Origin: a virus
Lineage: Duplodnaviria; Caudoviricetes
Direction: 5' to 3' (one strand)
IMG/VR virus record: IMGVR_UViG_3300005805_003857
Span: 1 to 64,000 of that record
Length of the DNA stretch: 64,000 nt
Shown here: one piece after another, positions 26,612 through 36,599 of the stretch
How positions within the stretch are numbered: position 1 is the stretch's first letter
How the letters are laid out: each line of letters opens with the position of its first letter
Program-made: the position numbers and the translations under genes
Notes under the pieces: model-generated
Seen by the model: the letters and a program-made list of their open reading frames with translations, nothing else
What the model was told of the DNA's origin: nothing
Databases searched by the model: none

Positions 26612-27448
26612 ATGACACAGCAAATCATTGATACAGGCGAAGTGCCAAACGACGGTACCGGTGACCCGTTACGCCAAGCCTTTGATAAGATTAACAACAA
26701 TTTTGCAAACTTGTTTGCACTAGCCCCCACCGCTAGTGTTGAGTTGATTGACCCTAATCAATTCCCTGAAGGTGACTCAAACACTACTAGTTCAAGTTTC
26801 TCTGGCAATATTACTATTAATGCCAACAATATCTATTTAGGTTCACAGTTATCTACTATACAATCAGATCCTACTGCGTCAATGTTAACATTTACGCAAC
26901 CAATTGGACCTTACTATAATCAAGAATATATCAATGTAGGTGCTACACCAAACGACGGGACCGGTGACCCACTACGCACTGCGTTTGAGAAGATTAACAA
27001 TAACTTCAGTAACTTGTTCTATGTTGGAACTGTTACATCTAGCACTTACAGTATTGGACTAACACCTAATCAAGTTATCTTTGAAACTTCTGCTAACATG
27101 TTTTCACAAGCAAGTTTTCAAATTAGATCCAGTGATACAGGAACCCCTGATAGCCAAGATATCACGATTACTGCACAAATATCTAATGACAGTGCGAATG
27201 TAAAGTATACAGGTTACGGAACTACTTTCTTTGGTAATGCATTGACACGCTACAACATGGATGTATTTGATGGTAATGTTCGTCTAATGGTTAATCCTAT
27301 AGTAGACCAAGTATTACTACACTTTATTTCTGCACAAATAACATTTATTGGTGATACTGAAAATGGTTTAAATATTGCATTAGATGGATATACTGATTCA
27401 GTGATGGATACTGAAGATGAATTTGAACTTACCACTGAAGCAAGTTAA
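26612..27448 (+). CDS. Baseplate-wedge-like protein (T4 gp9/gp10 N-terminal motif present twice)
   Basis: IDTGEVPNDGTGDPLRQAFDKINNNF and INVGATPNDGTGDPLRTAFEKINNNF. Confidence 0.65.
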   Translation: MTQQIIDTGEVPNDGTGDPLRQAFDKINNNFANLFALAPTASVELIDPNQFPEGDSNTTSSSFSGNITINANNIYLGSQLSTIQSDPTASMLTFTQPIGPYYNQEYINVGATPNDGTGDPLRTAFEKINNNFSNLFYVGTVTSSTYSIGLTPNQVIFETSANMFSQASFQIRSSDTGTPDSQDITITAQISNDSANVKYTGYGTTFFGNALTRYNMDVFDGNVRLMVNPIVDQVLLHFISAQITFIGDTENGLNIALDGYTDSVMDTEDEFELTTEAS

Positions 27449-27449
27449 T

Positions 27450-27854
27450 ATGAGAGCTAAAGAATTTATTGTTGAACAAAAATTAGATGATGTGCATGAT
27501 GGATTAGACATAGCAGATAAGTCACTTCCTAATACTTATATTATACCCTCATTACAAAATCAAGATTTTTATGAGTTATATAGATTTGGTGTAGCAATTG
27601 CAGCCGTAAGAGGTGAGAGTGGAATTAAAGACGGAGTCCAAAATGGCAATGAACCAGAGTTTAGAGCATCTAGTAGTTGGGGTGAAAATCAAATTGTTAG
27701 TTCGATGGATTCTGGTGTAGGTGAATTAATTGATAAAGCATTGGCTAAAATAGGTAAGTCTGGTAAAAAATCAGTCAGTAGCCCTAGTAGTGATGAGATG
27801 GATGATACACTAACACAATCACCTGTAAGAGCCTTTAAAGGATATAAAAGATAA
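27450..27854 (+). CDS. Putative internal virion protein (paralog 1)
   Basis: N-terminus MRAKEFIVE; C-terminus VRAFKGYKR shared with the next gene. Confidence 0.55.
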   Translation: MRAKEFIVEQKLDDVHDGLDIADKSLPNTYIIPSLQNQDFYELYRFGVAIAAVRGESGIKDGVQNGNEPEFRASSSWGENQIVSSMDSGVGELIDKALAKIGKSGKKSVSSPSSDEMDDTLTQSPVRAFKGYKR

Positions 27855-28231
27855 TGAGAGCAAGTGAATTTATATCCGAAGCTAGGGTTGGTAAAATATC
27901 TAAACAGCAACAACAATCTACCCGCGGTTTAAATATTTTTTCAAAGAAAATAGACAGCTATGATAGACAATATGATTTAAATCGTTTAATGATGGCTGTA
28001 GCAAGTAGCGATGGAATAAACCCAATCAACATGCCTGCAGAAAGTTGGGTAGGTAAACACAACACTGCACATCCTTACACTAAAGAAGAACAAGATATGC
28101 TTAAGTTAGCATATAAAGCTGCCGGTTTAGAATATATAGATGTAAATAATGGCGATATGGATAGTGAAGAACTATCTGATACAAATGCTCAAAGCATAGT
28201 TAAACCTTTCAAGGGTTACAAAAGAAAATAA
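27854..28231 (+). CDS. Putative internal virion protein (paralog 2)
   Basis: N-terminus MRASEFISE; C-terminus VKPFKGYKRK. Confidence 0.55.
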   Translation: MRASEFISEARVGKISKQQQQSTRGLNIFSKKIDSYDRQYDLNRLMMAVASSDGINPINMPAESWVGKHNTAHPYTKEEQDMLKLAYKAAGLEYIDVNNGDMDSEELSDTNAQSIVKPFKGYKRK

Positions 28232-28283
28232 TTTTACTGTCAGTTTTGAGAATAAGTAATTATATCAAATTACAGGAATCTCA

Positions 28284-28973
28284 ATGATTGACATTAACAA
28301 CACCCTCGACTTAATCAAATTAAAATTCTACAATGAATGGTTGTATACTGCTCATATCTATGATGAGGGCAATAGTCCGATGCATGAAAATCTCACTAAA
28401 CAGGTTATTACAAAATACATAGATCCGCTAAATTTACCCAAAGATGCTAAAATCTTAGATTTGGGTTGTGGCCCTGGCTATTTCTTAGATGGAATGAAAG
28501 AGCGTGAATATACAAATGTTACCGGAGTTACATTAAGTCCTGGCGACATTCAAATCTGTGAAAGTAAGGGTCATAAAATTGCAAAATATGATTTGAGTTT
28601 TATCCCACAAAAAGACGGATATTTTGATGAAAGCGTTGACTTCATTTTCTTACGTCACGCATTAGAACATAGCCCATATCCTATCTTTAGTTTGATGGAA
28701 TACAATCGTCTATTGAAACAAGGTGGCAAACTTTACATTGAAGTTCCTGCTCCCGATTGCGACCGTAGACACGAATGGAATCTAAATCACTATAGCATTC
28801 TAGGACAAAATCAATTGGCAGCATTGATAACACGATGTGGTTTTAATATTGATGTGTTCAATAATCTAGAGTTTGATATTCAAGGTAAAAATGAGCAAGG
28901 TGAGGATTATGTAGCAAAAGAGAAGTTCTACTGTATTATGGTCACTAAAGCTAGACCATTGGATATTAAATAA
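28284..28973 (+). CDS. Class I SAM-dependent methyltransferase
   Basis: ILDLGCGPG, VDFIFLRHALEH, LKQGGKL. Confidence 0.88.
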   Translation: MIDINNTLDLIKLKFYNEWLYTAHIYDEGNSPMHENLTKQVITKYIDPLNLPKDAKILDLGCGPGYFLDGMKEREYTNVTGVTLSPGDIQICESKGHKIAKYDLSFIPQKDGYFDESVDFIFLRHALEHSPYPIFSLMEYNRLLKQGGKLYIEVPAPDCDRRHEWNLNHYSILGQNQLAALITRCGFNIDVFNNLEFDIQGKNEQGEDYVAKEKFYCIMVTKARPLDIK

Positions 28974-28981
28974 ATTAAGAT

Positions 28982-29010
28982 AAATACTCACTGAAAGTGA
29001 GTATTTTTTT
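28982..29010 (+). terminator. Intrinsic terminator overlapping a TAAATA late promoter
   Basis: AAATACTCAC-tgaaa-GTGAGTATTT plus T run; TAAATA at 28981-28986. Confidence 0.75.
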
Positions 29011-30486
29011 ATGGCTACACCAGATCCAGCAAACGTTGCACCGTGGTATTTACGCAACATTAACCAAGCATTAGCACTAGACGAAACGTCCGGAAACGTC
29101 TATGTACGCACGGATGTACAGATTGCAAATGCCAATATTACAGTGGGTGATGTTGGTATTGTAAGTTTTGGTAATGTTGATATATCAGGTAATGCATTAC
29201 CGATTACCGGTAACATTACGATTGATCCTGGCCAGACAATAGAAGTTACACAAGGAACTGATCCGTGGGTCGTATCAGGAAACGTCAATGCTACAATAAC
29301 AGGTGGTAACTCAAATGTAGCAATCACTGGAACTAACCTAGATGCATTTGGACGTTTAAGAATAAGTGAACCCTATACATTGTTTGACAGCCAAAATCGT
29401 TACATTGACGGTGACCAATTTAGTAGTATCACTGCTACGGGTGGCAATGTAGTTTATGTTCAAAACGAAAGTTCATTTAATTTAAATGTTTCTTCCGCTA
29501 GTGGTAGTAGTGTAATTAGACAATCTAAGACAGTTCAAGCATATCAACCAGGCAAAAGTTTATTAACAATGAACACATTTGCAATGGCTACTCTTAAAGC
29601 GAACCTAAGACAACGAGTTGGTTATTTTACAACTGACAATGGTGTTTATTTTGAAGCAGTAGGTACTACACTTAATCTTGTTATTCGTAGTAGCACAACC
29701 GGAGTAGTAGTTGAAGAAAGAATTCCACAAGCTAATTGGAATGGAAATACCTTATTGTCCGGTATTGTGTTAGATCCGACATTGACACAAATATTTTGGT
29801 GTGACATTGAATGGTTGGGCGTAGGTAATGTTCGTGCAGGTTTTGTAATCAACGGTCAATTTATTGTATGTCATACATTCCAACACGCTAATCAGCCTGG
29901 AAACACGACTGTTTATATGACAACTGCATCATTGAATCCAAGATATGAAATAACAAATACCGGTGCAACAACTGGTAATAGCACAATGAAACAAATTTGT
30001 AGCACTGTTATCAGTGAAGGCGGCTATACACCAAGCACTACAATTGGATATGTTACTAACAATACAGTTCCTACAAGAGTAGGTTCGGCAAACACTGTAA
30101 TCTCATTATGTTCAATAAGATTAAATCCTGCATACCCGGACGCGGTCGTGGTTCCTGCTCAACTTGATTTGTTATCACTTGATGTTCGGTATGGTCAGTT
30201 TCAATTAATTGAAAACGCAACTATTGCAAATGCCTCATTTAGCAATGTGGCAGGATCAGTAGTTCAAAGTGCTATACACACTGATACTATAACAGACGGT
30301 AAAGTTGTTTATGCAGGATTATCTAGTAGCCGTGATGAAGTAGAAATTAGTGAAGATGTTAAGAAACGAATTCAATTATGGAGATATGCTAATGGTGCAC
30401 CTAGTACACTAACACTTGCTGTAGCGTACACAGCTAGCAATGCAGATTTGTTGTGGAAAATGGGCTGGGAAGAACTTACTAATTAA
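29011..30486 (+). CDS. Putative virion structural protein
   Basis: G/T/N/V-rich beta-type composition, DAFGRLRISEP.TLFDS motif, late promoter. Confidence 0.55.
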   Translation: MATPDPANVAPWYLRNINQALALDETSGNVYVRTDVQIANANITVGDVGIVSFGNVDISGNALPITGNITIDPGQTIEVTQGTDPWVVSGNVNATITGGNSNVAITGTNLDAFGRLRISEPYTLFDSQNRYIDGDQFSSITATGGNVVYVQNESSFNLNVSSASGSSVIRQSKTVQAYQPGKSLLTMNTFAMATLKANLRQRVGYFTTDNGVYFEAVGTTLNLVIRSSTTGVVVEERIPQANWNGNTLLSGIVLDPTLTQIFWCDIEWLGVGNVRAGFVINGQFIVCHTFQHANQPGNTTVYMTTASLNPRYEITNTGATTGNSTMKQICSTVISEGGYTPSTTIGYVTNNTVPTRVGSANTVISLCSIRLNPAYPDAVVVPAQLDLLSLDVRYGQFQLIENATIANASFSNVAGSVVQSAIHTDTITDGKVVYAGLSSSRDEVEISEDVKKRIQLWRYANGAPSTLTLAVAYTASNADLLWKMGWEELTN

Positions 30487-30510
30487 GTTTTTGGCACATA
30501 AATACTCACT

Positions 30511-32058
30511 ATGAGTAACGCACCTTCACTAGTAAAAAATCCTTATACTAAAACAGTTTTCAAAACTGATAAAGAACTACAGGATTTCATCAAATGCTGT
30601 GATCCAGATACAGGTTATCTATATTTTATGGATAACTTCTTTATGATTCAGCACCCTACTAAAGGTAGTATGGTCTATCATCCTTGGCCCTATCAAAAAC
30701 GATTAATTGAAACATATCACAACTATCGTTACTCTATTAGCTTGATGCCTCGACAATCAGGTAAGTCAACTTCAGCCGCAGGATACTTACTCTGGTACGC
30801 TATGTTTGTGCCAGACAGTACTATATTAGTTGCGGCACACAAATATACAGGTGCTCAGGAGATTATGCAACGTATTCGTTACGCATATGAAAACTGTCCC
30901 GATTACATTAAAGCAGGTGTTACCACATACAATAAAGGTTCATTAGACTTTGAGAATGGTAGCCGTATTGTTAGTGCTACTACAACTGAAAACACAGGTC
31001 GTGGTATGTCTATCACACTATTATACCTAGATGAGTTCGCATTCGTTAGACCAAGTATCGCTAAAGAATTCTGGACAGCTATTACTCCTACATTGTCAAC
31101 TGGTGGTAAAGCAATTATCACAAGTACACCAAATAGTGATGAGGATCAATTTGCGTTCATCTGGAAAGGTGCTAACAAGACTGAAGATGATTTTGGTAAC
31201 ACTACTGAAGTAGGAGTTAACGGGTTCAGAGCGTATAGAGCACATTGGAGTGAACAGCCCGGTAGAGATGATAAGTGGGCGGCTGAGATGAAGTCACAGC
31301 TTGGTGATGATCGTTTCAACCGAGAGATTGGTTGTGAGTTCATTATCGCTGACGAAACACTAATTAATCCAAACACCTTAATTGCCATGGAAGGCATTGA
31401 ACCTGTTAGTCGTATAGGACAAGTTCGTTGGTATGATAAGCCTACTAAAGGTAACTTATATTGTGTAGGGTTAGATCCAAGTCTTGGTACAGGTGGTGAC
31501 CCAGCCGCTATTCAAATATTTGAAGCAAACACAACTAAACAGATAGGTGAATGGAAGCATAATAAAACTGATATCCCGAGTCAAATTAAACTTTTGTCTC
31601 AGATTAACAAGTACATAGCTGAATGTACCGGCGAACCTAACAACATCTATTACAGTATTGAGTGTAATGGAATCGGTGAGGCCGCTATCGTATCATTAAA
31701 CGAATACGGAGAATCAGGTATCCCGGGAATCTTTATCAGTGAGACAGGTAAAGGTCGTAGAGGATTCAATACGACAAATAAGAGTAAACTAGCAAGTTGT
31801 GCCAAGTTCAAAACGTTAGTTGAAAGCAAGAAAATGACCATAAATAGTCGTAGTCTTATCAGTGAATTGAAAGCGTTTGTAGCACACGGTGGCAGTTATG
31901 CGGCTAAAATTGGTGATACAGATGACTTGATTATGGCTAGCTTGTTAGTAACACGTATGCTACAGCAATTAAGTGACTATCACTTTGATTTAGAGAATCA
32001 GATACGTGACCACGATGAATTTGTCGCCCCTTTACCGTTCTTTGCGGTCATGAGCTAA
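30511..32058 (+). CDS. terL: Terminase large subunit (T4 gp17-like)
   Basis: PRQSGKS Walker A, LDEFAF Walker B, TSTPN, GLDP nuclease motif, DDLIMA. Confidence 0.95.
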   Translation: MSNAPSLVKNPYTKTVFKTDKELQDFIKCCDPDTGYLYFMDNFFMIQHPTKGSMVYHPWPYQKRLIETYHNYRYSISLMPRQSGKSTSAAGYLLWYAMFVPDSTILVAAHKYTGAQEIMQRIRYAYENCPDYIKAGVTTYNKGSLDFENGSRIVSATTTENTGRGMSITLLYLDEFAFVRPSIAKEFWTAITPTLSTGGKAIITSTPNSDEDQFAFIWKGANKTEDDFGNTTEVGVNGFRAYRAHWSEQPGRDDKWAAEMKSQLGDDRFNREIGCEFIIADETLINPNTLIAMEGIEPVSRIGQVRWYDKPTKGNLYCVGLDPSLGTGGDPAAIQIFEANTTKQIGEWKHNKTDIPSQIKLLSQINKYIAECTGEPNNIYYSIECNGIGEAAIVSLNEYGESGIPGIFISETGKGRRGFNTTNKSKLASCAKFKTLVESKKMTINSRSLISELKAFVAHGGSYAAKIGDTDDLIMASLLVTRMLQQLSDYHFDLENQIRDHDEFVAPLPFFAVMS

Positions 32059-32080
32059 GAGGTAAAAGATAAATACTATT

Positions 32081-34021
32081 ATGCCAAAAAATACAGAATC
32101 ATTAAACCGCACCTTATTTGAGTTATTGCATAGCAAGGGCCTAGATCCTACTATGCTAGATACTTCAGGTAAGGAAATTCCAACACCAGAAGAAGCAGAA
32201 GTCTTTCAATTTAACTTTGTCAAAGACGGAGAAGACTATGGAACAGTCACTATTTCTATTGACGGTCTACACAAGTTAACAATCTATTTTAGTGATGAGG
32301 TTGCTAATAGTGAGAAAGAAGAATCAGAGTCTGATGACGTATCTTGGTATAAGTTACTAAATCAATTGAAGAAGTTTTCACAAAAATATCAATTGAGTTT
32401 TGAATTACGTAATGTAAGCAACTTAAAGCACGACATGGCAAAGAGGGAATATATGAAGAAAAAAGAATCAATCGCAGAAGGTTACTACCCAATGGGTAAA
32501 AAAGCAAGTTACAGTGATGCTGTACCTAGCGTAAAGATTGTGTTACAACATAGTCGCCAAATCGAAGAAGGTGAGCAACGTTATCGTAATGTTGAACGAA
32601 TCTTCCTAGAGAATGAACAAGGTGAAAGATTCCTAGCACCAACTACAAGACCCGGCATTGCACGTGTATATGCTAGACACATTGCAGAAGGTGGTAAGCC
32701 ACATGATGATCGTTGGAATCATATTGGTAGCTTGTGTGAAGAATACAGTAAGATGGCAGGATTTGTTCGTGCTACTCGTAATGGGCAATTTACAGAATCA
32801 ACACAGAAATTGATTGCTGAAGGTATTAATCATTATCAAGCATTGCGTGAGAGTTTAGGTAAACTAGCTGGTCATCGTGGTTACAATGCATACTTTGAAA
32901 GTTGGACTCCTCCATTAATGGAAGATGACAGCGACATGAGCAATATCAATGAATTGTTTGTACAAGAAACAGTTGATCCACGTATTGAATCAGTAATGCC
33001 TATCTTATCTAAACTACAGAAGAAGATTTCTGAAATGTCAGAAGTTAATGAGTTGAGTGAGTGGGCAGATAAGTTAATTGAAGGCGATGAAGATATTGAA
33101 GATAACGAAGCATCTGATGATATCGACAATGCCGAATCAGAGTTAACAGAAGAAGAAAGTCTAACAAGCAACAACCCACAAGGTGTACCTGAAGGCGTAG
33201 AAGAATTACCTCAAGATGCATTAGATTTAATTGATGAATATATTGCTAAGATTGAACCTGATGCAGACCGTGACGAAATGATACAAAGTCTATTAAGAGG
33301 GACTATTCATTCGTCTGAGTTAGAATATGCGTTACAAGACGATTTAGATGAAGGCATACTAGACACGATTAAGAGTGGTATCAAGAAAGTTGGCGGCAAG
33401 ATACTAGATAAAATAGGTCACGGTAGTGACGAAGATTTATTAAGAGACTTAAAAGATAAAGCAGGAGTTCGCAATCCACAAAATGGTAAGCCAAGTATGG
33501 CATACAGTGACGTTGAGAAGCGTACTGATGAAGTTGACATGGGTCAAGCCGACAGTTCATTAAGAAATGAACCAAAACAAGATAATGGTAAAATGGATCA
33601 CTTCACTGCGTTAGGCAAAGCATCAAATAAAATGGGACACGACCATTATATGGATGTACCTGATGACAAACTTGAAGCACTTAGAGCAATGGTTAAGAGA
33701 TTTAGAGCCGGTGAAGAAGTTGATGAAAGCGCACTACAAGCATACTTAGGCGACAAGAAGTATGGCAAAAAAGGTATGGATAAATTACGCAAAGCTGGAC
33801 AAGAAGATGCTAGCGAAAAAACAATGCAAAACATTCGTGCTGAGTATAGTAGTAAAGAAGAACCTGTAACAGAAGATGAATTTGCCGGTGACTATGCTAC
33901 AGGCGAAGCAGGTCAATGGCGTAACAAAGGTCCTAAAGCTAATAAGCCAGCAACGATCGGTGACTTAGTTGGTGAAGGCCAAGAAGACCTAGATACTATC
34001 AAAAGATTGTTGAGAAGATAA
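32081..34021 (+). CDS. Large acidic late protein, probably head-associated
   Basis: 646 aa, late promoter TAAATA-N5-ATG, many hydrophobic-x-E sites. Confidence 0.5.
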   Translation: MPKNTESLNRTLFELLHSKGLDPTMLDTSGKEIPTPEEAEVFQFNFVKDGEDYGTVTISIDGLHKLTIYFSDEVANSEKEESESDDVSWYKLLNQLKKFSQKYQLSFELRNVSNLKHDMAKREYMKKKESIAEGYYPMGKKASYSDAVPSVKIVLQHSRQIEEGEQRYRNVERIFLENEQGERFLAPTTRPGIARVYARHIAEGGKPHDDRWNHIGSLCEEYSKMAGFVRATRNGQFTESTQKLIAEGINHYQALRESLGKLAGHRGYNAYFESWTPPLMEDDSDMSNINELFVQETVDPRIESVMPILSKLQKKISEMSEVNELSEWADKLIEGDEDIEDNEASDDIDNAESELTEEESLTSNNPQGVPEGVEELPQDALDLIDEYIAKIEPDADRDEMIQSLLRGTIHSSELEYALQDDLDEGILDTIKSGIKKVGGKILDKIGHGSDEDLLRDLKDKAGVRNPQNGKPSMAYSDVEKRTDEVDMGQADSSLRNEPKQDNGKMDHFTALGKASNKMGHDHYMDVPDDKLEALRAMVKRFRAGEEVDESALQAYLGDKKYGKKGMDKLRKAGQEDASEKTMQNIRAEYSSKEEPVTEDEFAGDYATGEAGQWRNKGPKANKPATIGDLVGEGQEDLDTIKRLLRR

Positions 34022-34746
34022 TGCGTATTGATGAAGTTGTTCGTGTACAGAATCCAATGGGTGGTGACTACAAGTCACAGCTTGATAGAGACCGTGCCGC
34101 TGCCGCAGTAAGAGCGCAACGCCAGGCAAATAGAGAAATTTCTAATCGAGGGCCGGCATCTGGAGCAAAGTCTGGTACTGATCCACAAGGTGGAATGTTC
34201 ACTCCGGGAGCAGTCACTACTAAATCATACAACAATGCATTGACTAAACAGTTTGCAAGACCTGCAGGTCAAGGTAAAGGATTAGATATAATGGGCAATC
34301 CATTAAAGCAACCTGGACAGCGTAAGATTGAACCTGCAACACAACAACCACAGCAACCAACAACGGTTTCCACCACACCAAATTGGGTAGGTCAGAATAC
34401 TAATATACCTGCAGTACAGCGTAAACAACAAGCACAACCACCGGTACAACAGCCTACCCAACAACCAACAACGCAGCCTGCGGCAGAACCAACAGCGACT
34501 GCTGGAACCAGCGCACCCGCAACTGCACCTACCACTGTAGCGCAACCAACTCAGACAGTACCTAGTGAGCCAGTTAAGATTGGTGGACAAAAATTAAACC
34601 CAAATGATCCTGCTGATGCTAAGATGTTGCAAATGATTCAAAAGCAATTGCCACAAATGCCCACACCGCAGGTGGCTGCTGTAAAGCAAGTAGCAGACAA
34701 AACACTTGCTACACGCAGACGAAACAAGCCAAAGAAACGATTCTAA
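34021..34746 (+). CDS. Hypothetical Q/P/T-rich late protein
   Basis: ORF; low-complexity QQPT tract. Confidence 0.65.
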   Translation: MRIDEVVRVQNPMGGDYKSQLDRDRAAAAVRAQRQANREISNRGPASGAKSGTDPQGGMFTPGAVTTKSYNNALTKQFARPAGQGKGLDIMGNPLKQPGQRKIEPATQQPQQPTTVSTTPNWVGQNTNIPAVQRKQQAQPPVQQPTQQPTTQPAAEPTATAGTSAPATAPTTVAQPTQTVPSEPVKIGGQKLNPNDPADAKMLQMIQKQLPQMPTPQVAAVKQVADKTLATRRRNKPKKRF

Positions 34747-34758
34747 AAAGGGTAAATA

Positions 34759-34780
34759 AACCGCATAAAAATATGCGGTT
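34759..34780 (+). terminator. Hairpin upstream of leader copy 2
   Basis: AACCGCATA-aaaa-TATGCGGTT. Confidence 0.55.
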
Positions 34781-34798
34781 TCCCATATTCAACCAGCA

Positions 34799-34869
34799 TA
34801 AATAGTAGTGTAGTTCGCGGAGGTCGAAATCCCAACTACTCTAATGCTTTCAAGGAGCAATCAGCAATG
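34799..34869 (+). ncRNA. Conserved structured endonuclease leader, copy 2
   Basis: TAAATA-gta-GTGTAGTT-CGC-GGAggtcgaaaTCC-C-AACTAC-TCTAATGCT-tt-CAAGGAGCAATCAGC-aATG. Confidence 0.8.
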
Positions 34870-35439
34870 ATATTTAGTAGAAAAAATCCCCCGCCAGGAT
34901 TTTATGTATATGCTTATCTCAGAGAAGACGGTACCCCTTACTATATAGGGAAAGGTAAAGATATTAGAGCCTGGCACACTACTCACGGAGTCAACCTACC
35001 TAAAGATAAGTCAAGAATTTTAGTAATCTCATATGGATTACTAGAACTATGGGCATTCGCATTAGAGCGAAGAATGATAAAATGGTATGGCAGAAAAGAC
35101 AACAATACCGGCATACTAAGAAATAAAACAGATGGCGGCGAAGGTAGTTTGGGTACTGTAATAAATCCAATTGCTATTGCCAAACAAAAAGAAACTAAAC
35201 GAATCAACAAATCTAATTCTAACACCCCTGCTTCAATCTTGAAGCGAGTTAAAGCTAAGAAGGTCAATGGCACACTCAACAGCGATCCTGCAATTAAAGA
35301 AAAAATAAGGGCTACTAGATTAGCAAATGGATCAAATGCAAATACTCCTGAGTCTATTGCCAAACGAGTAGCAACAAGACGGGCAAATAAATTAGCAAAA
35401 GGGCTATCAAATAAATCAATTTTACCTAAACAGGCATAA
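34867..35439 (+). CDS. GIY-YIG homing endonuclease
   Basis: [19 protein letters not shown]...R...E...I..YGRK...G.L.N; C-terminal NTPES.IAKR repeats. Confidence 0.85.
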   Translation: MIFSRKNPPPGFYVYAYLREDGTPYYIGKGKDIRAWHTTHGVNLPKDKSRILVISYGLLELWAFALERRMIKWYGRKDNNTGILRNKTDGGEGSLGTVINPIAIAKQKETKRINKSNSNTPASILKRVKAKKVNGTLNSDPAIKEKIRATRLANGSNANTPESIAKRVATRRANKLAKGLSNKSILPKQA

Positions 35440-35444
35440 ATACA

Positions 35445-35473
35445 TTGACGGAGAGGTTATTATTCGCTATAAT
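35445..35473 (+). promoter_or_regulatory. Sigma70 promoter of ssb, directly after a GGCATAAATA late promoter
   Basis: TTGACG-17-TATAAT; TAAATA immediately upstream. Confidence 0.8.
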
Positions 35474-35553
35474 AGCTTCTGTGTTAGTCACTCGTGGTGA
35501 GTGGCGAATATTAAACCAGAGACCATCTCAATTTTATTAAAGGAAAATATATT

Positions 35554-36555
35554 ATGGCCAGCTTAAGCGAAATCCGTGCACGAATTGCTGCACAAGAAAA
35601 CAAATCTCAAAACAAAAACTCTGCATCCCAAGGTGATGGTGCTACCTATCCGCATTGGAACATGGACGAAGGCACTACTGCTAGTATTCGTTTCTTGCCC
35701 GATGGTAACTCAAAGAACGATTTCTTCTGGGTTGAAAAACAAATTATCAAACTTCCATTCAATGGCGTTAAGGGTGATCCTAACGTTAAGCGTATTGAAG
35801 TACAAGTACCATGCGTAGAAATGTATGGTGATAACTGTCCTATCTTGGCAGAAGTTCGTCCTTGGTATAAAGACGAATCATTGAAAGAAATGGCAAACAA
35901 GTATTGGAAGAAGCGTAGTTATCTATTTCAAGGTTTTGTTCGTCAGAACCCATTAGGCGATGACAAGACACCTGCGAACCCTATTCGTAGATTCATCATC
36001 AGCCCACAAATCATTCCAATCGTTAAAGCTGGATTGATGGATCCAGAGATTGAAGAATTGCCAACAGACTTCTTGCGTGGTCTTGATTTCAACATTAAGA
36101 AAACAAGCAAGGGTGGTTACGCAGATTACTCAACAAGTAACTGGGCACGTAAAGAATCTCCTCTCACTGAAGCAGAACAGGCCGCTGTCGAAGCACATGG
36201 TTTGTTTAACTTAGCTGACTTCTTGCCTAAGAAGCCCGGCGAAGCAGAATTGCGTATCATCAAGGAAATGTTTGAAGCATCAGTTGATGGTCAACCGTTC
36301 GACAACGAACGTTGGGGCGCATACTATCGTCCTTGGGGACTAGAAGCACCAGCAGGTGCGACAGCGGAAAAACAATCAGCGCCAGCATCGGAAGCAAGCG
36401 CACCCGCAACAGCACCCGTAGCAGAAACTTCTACAGCACCTTGGGATGATGAAGCATCTACAACAGCATCGGCTCCGATTGAAGTTCCAAAAGCAACTTC
36501 AACGGATAAGGCACAGGACATCCTAGCGATGATTCGTGCTAGACAAACTAAGTAA
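35554..36555 (+). CDS. Single-stranded DNA-binding protein (T4 gp32-like)
   Basis: IRFLPD, CPILAE, YWKKRSY, KGGYADYSTS, acidic/Ala-rich tail, ILAMIRAR end. Confidence 0.85.
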   Translation: MASLSEIRARIAAQENKSQNKNSASQGDGATYPHWNMDEGTTASIRFLPDGNSKNDFFWVEKQIIKLPFNGVKGDPNVKRIEVQVPCVEMYGDNCPILAEVRPWYKDESLKEMANKYWKKRSYLFQGFVRQNPLGDDKTPANPIRRFIISPQIIPIVKAGLMDPEIEELPTDFLRGLDFNIKKTSKGGYADYSTSNWARKESPLTEAEQAAVEAHGLFNLADFLPKKPGEAELRIIKEMFEASVDGQPFDNERWGAYYRPWGLEAPAGATAEKQSAPASEASAPATAPVAETSTAPWDDEASTTASAPIEVPKATSTDKAQDILAMIRARQTK

Positions 36556-36567
36556 TACTTATTGGAT

Positions 36568-36584
36568 AGGGAGCAATGCTCCCT
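36568..36584 (+). terminator. Hairpin after ssb
   Basis: AGGGAGC-aat-GCTCCCT; weak U tract. Confidence 0.45.
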
Positions 36585-36599
36585 TCCTTAGGAACCACG

